Shown piece after piece: positions 41,015-53,026 of a stretch of DNA of 64,000 nucleotides. How positions within the stretch are numbered: position 1 is the stretch's first letter; every line of letters starts with the position of its first letter. The position numbers were made by a program, and so were the translations under genes. Source of the DNA: Octopus vulgaris (Eukaryota); the NCBI GenBank assembly GCA_951406725.2, contig OX597823.1, positions 102,362,001 to 102,426,000 on the forward strand, given 5' to 3'. Below the pieces are notes generated by a model. It saw nothing but the letters and a program-made list of their open reading frames with translations. It was not told where the DNA came from and did no database searches.

Positions 41015-41659
41015 GAGAGAGAGAGAGAAGAGGAGGCATGCAAATATTACTGTGTGAGGCTGTTGAATGAAGGAAACTGCATGAGAGAGAGAGAGGGGGA
41101 GGCAAAGAGAGAGACAGAGAGGGTTTCTACTCCGTGTAGATCCGACATCATCATGGCCATTGTCATCATTTAACAGAAGTCTCTAATTGAAGTCAAAGAG
41201 TAGATCGTCAAAAGACCGATTAAGCATATGAAGGTATTCTTTATGAAGGCTGGTCACTGAAACGCTGAACATAGCCATCAAGGTATACCGTTTCATGCTA
41301 GTCATTTATGATCACAGTCAGACGGTTCATGGAGGAGTCTGTCGTACACAGTGACTAGCATAACCATACTAAGTAAAAGGCACCTGTGCTGGCACCAAAG
41401 CACCTATGCTAGTGCCACATAAAACACATCCAGTACAATCAGTAAAGTGGCTGGCTTTAGGCAGGACATCCGGCCATAGACACCATGCCAAAACAAACAA
41501 CTGGAGCCTCAGTAGCTCTCCAGCCTTGCCAGCTCCTATCAAACCGTCCAATCCATGCCAGCATAGAAAACGGATGTATGGTGATGCTGGTGGTGGTGAT
41601 GATGATTACTATTATTGCTGTTGTTGTTACTATTATTATTATTAAATGAGGAGATGCTT

Positions 41660-43535
41660 TAAAAAGAAGTTACTTCAGTGGCATGGATCAGGTTTTGAGA
41701 GTAACAGAAAAAGTTATAGCTCAAGTAAATGCAGAAAAAATTAGATGGCATATGATGCAGTTCGGATTTGTAATCTCTCTCTATATAAACCTGAAGTTGT
41801 CTGTGTATGGCAGGTTTGGTAGCCTTCAACTAACACTTTCTCCTCCGAGACCCTGTGGTGCAAGTTGACCAGAATTGAGAGTATGATAGAAGAAGGCTTG
41901 CTCTTCCTTCCGTAGAAGAAAAAATTCAAATCGGACCATGTTAACACCAAAAATTATTTACATAAAAAAGGTGCTTTTTTTCTATGAAAATCCCTATTTT
42001 TTATGATTTTTTTACTGCTGTGTCGCCATTTTTCGGTGTATTTCAACCAGAAAAATGTTCACTTAAATGCAAAATTTTTACTTTTCAAAAATTCCAATTC
42101 TAAAGGGTCGAAACAAACCTGAGAAACGCTGGGCGATACTGCTAGTGATATTATGTTTCTGTTTTGGCTGAGTTGAGTTGATATTGATGAATTCAAGAAC
42201 ACGAATTTCAAATACGAAAATATGCATTTCCTCATGGAACAAAATGATGTTTTGTCATCACAACCAATGACAACTGTTTATGAGGTATTTGCATGCTGAG
42301 AATGATAATAGTTGTGAATGGTATTCTGTCTAGCAGCTTGGCAGGTATGTGTCACCACTAGCAGCTGGTAGAGAGGCATTTCTATTTATTGTTGATGAAA
42401 ATAGTGCAAAAAAACACAACTTGCTGATGACATCCTGTTCTATCAGAGGCCTGAGAAGTCAGTCCGTTACTAACGTCATCCATATTTGAATGAATTGTAT
42501 TTGTGTTGATATGGTGGTTTCTACTCGAGATCTGATTGGTTAGTCATGTGCTAATATTGTCAATCTCCAACAAAAATCCTAATCATTTGAACACAATAAT
42601 CTGGGTTTGATCCTAAGGTGCTTGGTCCTCTGCCAAATATTCCTGTTACAGGTTTATGCCAAGACAAGGTATCACAGACACCCCAGATATTCACTTTCTA
42701 GTGAAACTGCTGGAAAAGCACATACCTAAGAGCAAGCCACTATGCCTAGTATTCACTGACTTGAAGAAAGCCTTTGAAAGGTTACCACATTTTGTAATCT
42801 CATGGTTTTTAGCAAAACTAAGTGTAGATGAATGGTTTGTTAGAACTGTGCAAGCCATGTATAGAAATGCCATTAGCAAAGTGAGAGTTGGCTGTGAATG
42901 AGGTGTTTAGTGTACAGGGCTTCACTCTCGGCTGTTGTTCTGTAGATTATAGTACTCCAGAGTTTAAAAACCAGTTGTCTGTGGAAACATCTGTATGCTG
43001 ATGACATAGTTTTCATAGTTGAAATATATCCAAGGATTAGAGAAGAAATTTCAGAAGGCTAAGCAAAGTCAAAAAGTTTGGGTTAGTAAGAAAGAAGACT
43101 GGCCTTTACTCCTATCTGAGAAATGGCCATACTCAATATTCCGGAAAGAAATATACAAGAATTCCATACTTTGTACCTGATGTAAAATATTAGTGCACAA
43201 GATATGCAGTAGAATCACAGGTAGACTGACAGAGAATGAATTTGAATGCAACATATACAGAATAGTAGTTATCCATAAGAGTCTTCATGAAATGAATTCC
43301 TTCAAATGTCTGAAAATCTCCTTGAAGTAGTTGACAACTTCTCTTATCAACATTAGAGGTGGATATTCTGACGGCTTAGAAGCCCAAAGTAAGAACAGGG
43401 CAGAACAAAGGAAACAAAGGGAATCTTTTTAAATAAAAATTAAATTATGTGATGCTTGTGTATGAAGTGTAATATTGCATTGCAACAAAACATGCACATA
43501 CAGCATGGAAGATGTACAAAGGCTGAAATGAGTTG
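41660..43535 (+). pseudogene. Old decayed RTE-clade reverse transcriptase, split by a Helitron and other inserted sequence
   Basis: MQFGF (~41753-41770), GFMPRQGITD...LVFTDLKKAFERLP...VQAMY (42650-42900) and YADD at 42994-43005; many stops and frameshifts. Confidence 0.8.
41774..42145 (+). mobile_element. Non-autonomous Helitron
   Basis: A|TCTCTCTCTATATAAACCTGAAG...GGGCGATACTGCTAG|T; paralog of 7760-8126. Confidence 0.88.
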
Positions 43536-43803
43536 AGCATCGAATGAAACAACCAGGTGCAGCTAATTGGATGCTAACAATTTGGCATGGCTGACTGAAC
43601 AATAAAAACTATTTTGGCACTGGAAGCAAATGCACACATGTGAGTGCACATGCAGAAATATACATATACAAAGAAAAATAGATGGGCGGGGAGACAAAAT
43701 GAGACAAACATTAAAGAGATAGAAATAGTAATACATGAAAAACATTAAAATGCTTGATGTCAAATAAGTTTTGAATCAGCAGCACCAAACAGGTGTGCCA
43801 GCA

Positions 43804-44038
43804 AAGGCGGCGAGGAGCTGGCAGAAACGTTAGCATGCTGGATGGAATGCTTAGTGGTATTTCGTCTGTCGTTACGTTTTGAGTTCAAATTCCACCATGG
43901 TCGACTTTGCCTTTCATCCTTTCAGAATCAATTAAATAAGTACCAGTTACGCACTGGGGTCGATATAATCGACTTAATCCGTTTGTCTGTCCTTGTTTGT
44001 CCTCTCTGTGTTTAGCCTCTTGTGGGTAGTAAAGAAAT
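43804..44038 (+). mobile_element. SINE (AAGGCGGCG head family) with a 13-bp TSD
   Basis: AGGTGTGCCAGCA at 43791-43803 and 44039-44051. Confidence 0.9.
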
Positions 44039-44361
44039 AGGTGTGCCAGCACAGCTCATACCCAGATGAGTATGCTCCTCTGAATGTTATTGTGAATGAG
44101 TGATGGAACACAAGTGAGGTGTAAGAGAAATTAGCTGTAGTGTGCCAAAGAGGTGACTGCATTTGCTGGAACATGAGGTGTGTATGGAGGATTACGTTTT
44201 GGTCATGAAATACCAAATGAAGAACCTTAAGAAGTTGAAGACATAGGTAAAGTAATAAAACTTATCTCAAGATGCTGTACTTCACAAAGGAATTACAAGT
44301 GGTAAGATTCTGTTCTAAAGAAGACATGACCAACCCATGCAAGTAGAATAAAATGGATATG

Positions 44362-44411
<50 letters not shown>

Positions 44412-44468
44412 GTGATGTGATGGTGATGATGATGGTGATGGTGATGGTGATGATGATGATGACGATGA

Positions 44469-44502
<34 letters not shown>

Positions 44503-44600
44503 GGTGATGATGATGATGATGATGATGATGATGGTGATGGTGATGATGATGATGATGATGATGATGGTGATGGTGGTGGTGGTGGTGATGATGATGATGC
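44362..44600. repeat. (GAT/GGT)n microsatellite just upstream of the activation-loop exon
   Basis: Seen directly; an expanded tail of a short RTE 3' end. Confidence 0.95.
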
Positions 44601-44605
44601 CATGA

Positions 44606-44731
<126 letters not shown>

Positions 44732-45808
44732 TAAGTTTCCATAATGATTAATATCCATATTTCCATATCAATATATGTGAGGGTTTTTTTCTTTTAGCAT
44801 TTGGGTACCTTTCCTTGCAATTTCAAGGCAAGATTGGAACCTCCTTGTCACTTAGGCAAATATAGCCTGAGTGAACCCCTGTTTTGCTCAGGGGTTCAGT
44901 GCAGTGACTGTAGTAAGGCTTCAAGTCAAAGCAATAAGATTGATTAATAATCCAGTAACATCTATAACCATTATTCTTCAAATTCTTCACAAAATATGTT
45001 GGGTACTTCTCCACCTCTCCCTCGCTTTGTTGTCAAGAAAGGAGAGAGAGAGTTTGCAAAGAATGACAGTAAAATTATCTGATTGAGGGTGGAAAATATA
45101 GAGTAAAATTTAGGTAGATAAATGAATAAACGATTTTTTATATTGGAAGAAGAACATCAAAGTTAGGGCAACAAGATTATAGCAAAACAGCATTTCCAAG
45201 TTGCTTTGTCTTTCTACTTGTTCCTACCTGGCACAAAGTCTTTTAAAAGCCTGAATGGTTGTTGTTGTCAAGTAAATATGGTCATGCATGGACAATCGCA
45301 GTTATCCTGATGAAGCAAAACACAGGAAGACCATAGAAAGGATGGCTGAGCCTCAGCAAAGAACAGACACAGAGAAATTTGGTGGAAAAACAGGGATTGT
45401 CTGACGATGACTTAAGGAAAGAGAATGAAAGTAGGCTGCATTTCTTGCAGGGCACCTGCAGATTCTCTGGGTTTCTGACATTGCGATTTTTTTTTTGCCC
45501 TTGATGGAGCAGATCTATAATCAAAAGTATTTCACCTGTTGCTATTCCCATCTTTTATTTCAGATACAGTGTAAGCAATGAAGCATGACAAACATGGTGG
45601 GTGAGTAAGAAAGTAATGCAGTTTTTATTCACAATACTTTCTGACTCATTCTTCTATGCTTGCATTGCAATCATGAGGTCCTAGGTTCCATCTCACTGGG
45701 TGGCATATATACATATAGAAAATATTAATATATACCCTCAATGCTTTCTATTGTTGTTGTTTCTTATTTGTTTAATTTAAAATTTTTTTCTTTGTTTCTT
45801 CCTGTCAG

Positions 45809-46084
45809 GTATGCATTACTCGTGGGACGACCACCATTTCAAACTTCTACCCTCGTAGAGACCTACTTCCGCATCACAGCCAATACATATACCATTCCAG
45901 CAAACATATCTCCAGCAGCAGAAAAACTTATCAGTCGATGTTTGCATGCATTGCCATCGATGAGGCCGTCCCTCGATGAAATTGCTGCTGATGAATTTTT
46001 CACCTGTGGATATATTCCAAAATCATTGCCATCTACCGTCTGTTTATCAGCTCCGAAATTCCCTGATCACCCAAAACCTGCAAG
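45809..46084 (+). CDS. PLK2/3: Polo-like kinase exon (kinase C-lobe)
   Basis: cctgtcag|G...AG|gtacaa; 276 nt, phase 2/2; YALLVGRPPFQTSTLVETYFRI...MRPSLDEIAADEFFTCGYIPKSLPSTVCLSAPKF. Confidence 0.93.
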
Positions 46085-46981
46085 GTACAAAACAAAAAAT
46101 GTCTCCTATTTTCTGGCATATATCATGCATTCTCATTTTACAAGTCTGTTTTGTGGAAAAAATGTTGGGTATGTTTTTGAAGTTATAAGGCATATATTAA
46201 CTTATGTCATTCAACGGCATGCTGTGCCGGTGGCACGTAATAGACACCATTTGAGCGTGATCGTTACCAGCATCGCCTTACTGGCACCTGTGCCAGTGAC
46301 ATGTGTAAAAGATTCGAGCAAGGTTATTGCCAGTACCGCCTGACTGGCCCCGTGCCGGTGGCACGTAAAAAGCACCCACTACACTCTCGGAGTGGTTGGC
46401 ATTAGGAAGGGCATTCAGCTGTAGAAACTCTGCCAGATCAAGATTGGAGCCTGGTGCAGCCATCTGGTTCACCAGCCCTCAGTCAAATCGTCCAACCCAT
46501 GCTAGCATGGAAAGCGGATATTAAACGATGATGATGATGATGATGATATAAATAAATGTATGTGTTTGTGTACTCAAATACACACACACACACACACAAA
46601 GACATGGTTGTATGGTAAGATGTTTACTTCCCAACCAAGTGGATCTGGGTTCAGTCTCACTGCATGGCATCTTGGGCGAGAGGGCTGACCAAAGCTTTGT
46701 GAGTAGATTTGGTTGACAGAGAGAAACTGAAAAAAACCTGTCGTGTGTGTGTGTGTGTGTGTGTGTGTATTTATCTTTGTTTTTGTGTCTGTGTTTGTAC
46801 CCCACCACTGCTTGACAACTGGTGCTGGTGTGGTTATGTCCCCCATAACTTAACAGTTCAGCAAAAAAGATAGATAGAATAAGTACTACACTTAAAGAAT
46901 AAGTCCTGGGGTTGATTCATTCATCTAAAAAATTCTCCAAGGCTCCAGCATGGCCACAGTCTAATGCCTGAAATAAGTAAA

Positions 46982-47026
<45 letters not shown>

Positions 47027-47035
<9 letters not shown>

Positions 47036-47235
47036 AATAAAATTTAAAACAGAACACAAAGGATATCGTGGTACACGTGTTTCAAGCTTTATAAACAATC
47101 CGTTCTTACCTCAGTATATTATTGATATAAAAGATGGTTTAAAGATGGTTTATAAAGAACGGATTGTTTATAAAGCTTGAAACATGTGTACCGCGATATC
47201 CTTTGTGTTCTGTTTTTAATTTTATTTGATATATA
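47027..47235. repeat. ~81-bp-arm fold-back (inverted repeat)
   Basis: 47027-47107 vs 47155-47235; few mismatches; 47-nt spacer. Confidence 0.95.
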
Positions 47236-48024
47236 CTCTTTCACCTCTGCCACTATCTGGCATATACAGGTGCTTACACTTATCAAGTATTCACCCTAAA
47301 TTTACAGTATATGTATATATATATATATATATATATCATTGTATCGAAATTGCTCACAATATTGGATATTATTATATACCACTGGTCACAATGCACTTCC
47401 TCGCATTGTTGTAGTTTTCGAACAATGCCACTCTGCTGGCTAGTCAGGCAGGCCAACATTCCCCTTGAACAGAATGCCAGTCCATTGTACATGTGTAAGT
47501 GGACTGGATTGATGTGAAATGAAGAGCACAATGCACGACCAGTCTGGAAATCAATCTGGCAATCTGGCAATCATGTATGCAATACCCTGACCACTGGGCC
47601 ACATACTGTCACACATACACATATGTGTGTATGTGCGTGTGTGTGTGTGTGTGTGTATATACTCACACATAATATACACGTAACTTACTTAATTACTTCA
47701 ATGTTCCTGGTACTATAATGTGTAGTGTGACACAATTTTAGCTTTGACTATTACAATACATGTCACCTCCTGATAATTAATGATATATTAGCTTCATGAC
47801 CTTGAATATATTAGTTTCCTTTTAATGAGCACCAATGCCAATGCTATTAGAATTAGATAAAGCAAAACTAATTTGGTACTTAGATTAGATTACTGAACCC
47901 ACAATAGTATTCTAATTATTCCAATTAAAATTACAACCACGTTTTTTTCGATTAGCTGTGTGTGTCGTTTTTATATATATATATATATATTCCATACACT
48001 TACACACACACATATATATGTATA

Positions 48025-48159
<135 letters not shown>

Positions 48160-48176
48160 GTATATGTATGTATATA

Positions 48177-48229
<53 letters not shown>

Positions 48230-48385
48230 TAGCCTACTTGTCCAAGTTTTGTCCTTGGCTTGTCTGTCACATGAATTGTGATGTATTTCTTTCTAGACAG
48301 CAAACAAAAGTTAACATTAAATGTAATGGTGGCATGTTCTGAGGTGTAGTTTTTGTACCATTTGATCCTTTCTTTCTTTTGGCAG

Positions 48386-48473
48386 ACCAATGTCTTATGC
48401 TGACCTTGAAAACCAAGTTGACAATGTCAAGGTAATTACAAATGCATTGCACAATAGGAAAGCTGATTGGGAG
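48386..48473 (+). CDS. PLK2/3: Polo-like kinase linker exon (alternative donor possible at 48431)
   Basis: Strong pyrimidine tract, ttttggcag|A; open frame PMSYADLENQVDNVKVITNALHNRKADWE; phase 2 in, phase 0 out (GAG|gtaaac), matching its neighbours. Confidence 0.72.
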
Positions 48474-49140
48474 GTAAACATTGTTTTTTGTTTTTTTAAA
48501 TCTCATTCCTACCATCTTTGACTCCTGGATTCATGCAATTTAAGTTTCCTTTCATTTTATCATTGTTTTATGTTTCACTTTACACAATGTAAATAACATT
48601 TTGTTCACGGGAATTATAAACAATGCCAGTGGCTTGTTTCAACTTAAAGGGACAGGTATTTCTGGCTGACATGATACAACATATTGAAACACCTGTGTCC
48701 TAGAATCCCTTGTTTGTAAACTGTGTTACAAACATGCAGTCATCATAAAAGGGAGAAGTTGCTTTCCTGTGACACACACAACAATGGCTTTCATATTTAT
48801 GTTTAAATCCGCTGGAATGCATTAAGGCTGAATACGTAAACCATCGTTTCAGACCTTGCTGTACACAGTGCAAATGACAATGTTGTAAAATCATGTTTTG
48901 ACTTGTATGTTATGTTCATCATTATCATTATCATCATTGTTTAACGTCCACCTTCCATGCTAGCATGGGTTGGACGATTTTGACTGAGTGCTGGCGAACC
49001 AGATGGCTGCACCAGGCTCCAATCTTAATCTGGCAGATATTGTTGGATTTTTTTTTCTTCGGCTCTTATGGTACCATCCCATCCATACTAGCATGAAACA
49101 CGCCCATTAAATGATGATGATGATATATATACACACATAT

Positions 49141-49744
49141 AAGGCGGCGAGCTGGCAGAAACGTTAGCACGCCGGGTGAGATGCTTAGTGGTATTTCGTC
49201 TGCCGTTACGTTGTGAGTTCAAATTCCGCCGAGGTCGACTTTGCCTTTCATCCTATCGAGGTCGATAAATTAAGTACCAGTTACGCACTGGGGTCGATGT
49301 AATCGACTTAATACCTATGTCTGTCCTTGTTTGTCCCCTCTATGTTTAGCCCCTTGTGGGTAATAAAGAAATAGGTATTTCGTCTACCGCTACGTTCTGA
49401 GTTCAAATTCCACTGAGGTCAACTTTGCCTTTCATCCTTTCGGGGTCGATTAAATAAGTACCAGTTACGCACTGGGGTCGATGTAATCGACTTAATCCAT
49501 TTGTCTGTCCTTGTTTGTCCTCTCTGTGTTTAGCCCCTTGTGGGTAGTAAAGAAATAGGTATTTCGTCTGCCACTGCGTTCTGAGTTCAAATTCTGCCAA
49601 GGTCGACTTTGCCTTTCATCCTTTCGGGGTCGATAAATTAAGGACCAGTTACGCACTGAGGTCAATATAATCGACTTAATCCGTTTGTCTGTCCTTGTTT
49701 GTTCTCTCTGTGTTTAGCCCCTTGTGGGTAGTAAAGAAATAGGT

Positions 49745-49745
<1 letters not shown>
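49141..49745 (+). mobile_element. SINE with one head and three tandem 184-bp bodies
   Basis: Units begin GGTATTTCGTCT at 49190, 49374 and 49558; B-box-like GAGTTCAAATTCC in each unit. Confidence 0.9.
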
Positions 49746-49775
<30 letters not shown>

Positions 49776-50817
49776 AACCACACTTACACACTCTCACACA
49801 TGCACGTACATACTGAAATGATAGGGTTAAAGTGTGTCTTGTGCTTACTTATTTCACTTATTTCACTTTCTGAGGTGTTAACCGATGGGGTGTACAAGAC
49901 TTCCCCCAACCTGGATAGGATGCTAGCCCCATTGCAAAGTTAAACTCTCAGCTTCTGTTACTGGTAATCATTTTCAGCTGATTGGACTGGATCAGCTTGA
50001 AATAAAATGCCTTGTTCAAGAATGTAACATGCCACTCAGTCTGGGATCAAACTGAAGACTTTACAATTATGAGCCAACATAGTAACCACTAAGTCATGGG
50101 CCTTCATATGAAAGAAGGCTGTATGATATGCATTTTGGAATTTAGTTTCCATTTTTACTTGTTTAAATTCTACCTACATTCCTTTTTATCCCTCCAAAGG
50201 TAGTAAACTCCATATTAGACACACACACATACACTGATCTGAGTAATTATATGACTTCTTTACAAGGATGTGGTTTTATATCAATATAGAGACCATTGTT
50301 TGGGGGCCAATAAAGGAACCTCCTTTATATCTCTGTTCAGCATGATAGCGGTGGCCAGCAAAGCCTTCCCTGCATTGAGTGATATTAGTAAACACAAGTG
50401 GAGCATGTCCATAAACCTCCTCTTTGGCCTCCTCTCCTTGAAACAGCAATATAATTTATAAAGTCATTTTTTAGATTAGCACCATAATCTATCTGGTCAT
50501 TGGTAGAAAAGTAGTTTAGGTAACTGCACAGAAGAACAATATCATTTATAAGATCATAGAAGCAATTGGATGAGCTATAAGGTCAGTCTTAGACTAGCAG
50601 ATAAAGTCCCTTGCAGTTTAAAACTACTTCCCAGTGCAGTTCTGAGTTTGACTGACTCCAGGGGCCAACTGGGGTTGAACTAATCAACAATGCTGCTCTA
50701 CTAATCTCTGGCCTCTTGTCAATATGAGAAATGAATTTATTTTATGAAAGTCTGTTCGTCTTTTACCCAAATATTTTCGCAGTGGATTCATTGTTAAATT
50801 TTACAATTCTTTATTAG

Positions 50818-50908
50818 GTAACTGCACAGAAACAAGAGCACAAGCCTGCCATTAGAGAAACAGATTGTGATAATTTAGTACCAACATCATCTAATAATCG
50901 ACACTTCG
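50818..50908 (+). CDS. PLK2/3: Polo-like kinase linker exon
   Basis: ttctttattag|GTA...TTC G|gtaaca; 91 nt, phase 0/1; VTAQKQEHKPAIRETDCDNLVPTSSNNRHF. Supplies the phase 0 to 1 bridge required between the flanking exons. Confidence 0.65.
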
Positions 50909-52206
50909 GTAACATTTACAAATTTCTTTTTCATTTAATCTTAAAAGTATTTATATCCTTGTAATATTCTTGTATAACAAAACTAGTGTGCTTGTCTGTG
51001 ACAATACAATTATAATTACTTTTGTACAACTGAGAAATCAAGATATGTTTTTTTTTAGCTTATAAGTTTAGAGAGTAATTCATGTTTATAAACTTACTAA
51101 ACTTTGAAAAAAAATCCTTTTAATGGGAATTTCAGCTTGAATGACTTTAGAAAATCTTTCCTAATTACTTTTAACTTGAGTTTTAATTATTGGCTTCTTG
51201 AATTAGTACAATGTTTCAAATTTGTTTTGGAATGGAATGTGTTGAATTTAAATCAACCCAAACCTATGTTTGTGTAGTTTATTTTATCAGCAGCACTGGT
51301 TCTGGTGGATGTTGGCCTTAAATTAAATCAGGGGATTTCAAGGTGAGATAGGTGTCAGGATTCCAAAAAAAAAAAAAAAGGAAGCGGACAAACTGCTATA
51401 TTTGATAAAAGTAAGATGGTTTGAAAGCTTTTAAAACTTGTCCAAAATCCATTGGGAATCATCATTGACACCACCACCACTACCATCACCATCATCATCA
51501 CCATCACCATCATCCCCACCACCATCATCCCCACCACCATCATCCCCACCACCATCATCACCACCACCATCATCACCACCACCATCATCACCACCACCAT
51601 CATCACCACCACCAGCCATCCAAGAATTTGAACCTGGAGATCTCCATTTCCAGCGACTTCAAAGGCCACCTCCCAGTGGTGTCGGGTGTCAATGAAGAGC
51701 CCTCAACTACAACAAGACGACCAAAGTTTTTTTTTTTTTCCAAGGTCTGGGGTCTCCCGCCCCAAAGCCCTAGACCATCACCTAATCACCCTTACCCATC
51801 TTGTTGCTTAACAACAGCAACAGCATCATCACCAACAAGAAAGGCATTCAGCTACAGAAAAACTGCCTCAATAAGTTCTGTCTGACCTAAGCAAGCATGG
51901 ACACTGAATCAGTCCAAGGTGATGGTAGAAGACACTTGCCCAAGGTGTAACACAGTGGGACTGAACCCAAAACCATGTAGTTGGGAAGCTAACATCTTAA
52001 CCACACAGCCATGCCTGCACCACAAGGCTGCAATAAATGTTTCAAAATATTCAGTCCAGATTTCCATTATCCTGGGGTCTGTAAGATAAAACTTTCAGTA
52101 ATATATTTTATTCATTTCTCTCAACTACTTTGTATTTCAGCAAAAATTGACTCATACTAAATGAAAAGTAATCCCTAAATAGAATTTTTCTATTTTTTCC
52201 TTTCAG

Positions 52207-52281
52207 ATCTCTCATCCTTCAGTTTGAATGCAACAGTTTTATTAGAAGTCTTAGAAAGTTGCATTGAAAGTCCTATCAAAG
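52207..52281 (+). CDS. PLK2/3: Polo-like kinase exon (pre-polo-box helix)
   Basis: ttttcctttcag|AT...G|gtgaat; 75 nt, phase 1/1; (D)LSSFSLNATVLLEVLESCIESPIK, resembling the polo-cap helix. Confidence 0.85.
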
Positions 52282-52956
52282 GTGAATAGTTTGTTTATTT
52301 ATTTATTTTGATTTATTTTTATTTTCCTTGTAGCTTTTTACATTCTGAGTTCAAATTCCACTGAGCTTGATTTTGCCTTTCATCCTTTTAAGGTTGATAA
52401 AAAAAGTATCATTCAAGTACTGAGGCTGATTTAATCAAATATACTCCAGGCCTTGTGTCTATAGTAGAAAGGATTATTATTATTATCATTATTTTGGTTT
52501 GGCTCGGGTTTGGTCTTATTCCTAGTAGGAATTAAGTGGATAGTGGGTTACTACCTGTAACCTTTGGTAACCACAAGTTTTCAGCAGTCTTTCAAGTGCT
52601 TAGAGCCCCACTGATAAGCCTTACTGTCCCTAAGAGTCGTCATCATCACCATCACCATCACCATCAGACTGATGAGACCCTTCACAAAGGTAAATTCACA
52701 ATTAAAAGAGCACAATGTGATATATATATATATATATATATATACTCTCTTTTACTCTTTTACTTAATTCAGTCATTTGACTGCGGCCATGCTGGAGCAG
52801 CGCCTTTAGTCGAGCAAATTGACCCCAGGACTTATTCTTTGTAAGCCTAGTACTTATTCTATCAGTCTCTTTTGCTGAACCGCTATGTTACGGGGATGTA
52901 AACAGACCAGCATTGGTTGTCAAGCGATGCTGGGGGGGGGGGGCAGACAAAAACAG

Positions 52957-53023
<67 letters not shown>

Positions 53024-53026
<3 letters not shown>

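Noticed and set aside
49190-49745. Regularly spaced repeats that could suggest a CRISPR array (also 16432-16630)
   Set aside because: Contiguous tandem units without unique spacers, in eukaryotic DNA with no cas genes.
51438-51695. Extensin-like (SSPPP)n ORF between two kinase exons
   Set aside because: A 15-bp CCATCATC(A/C)CCACCA minisatellite; not needed for exon phase continuity and has no convincing splice sites.
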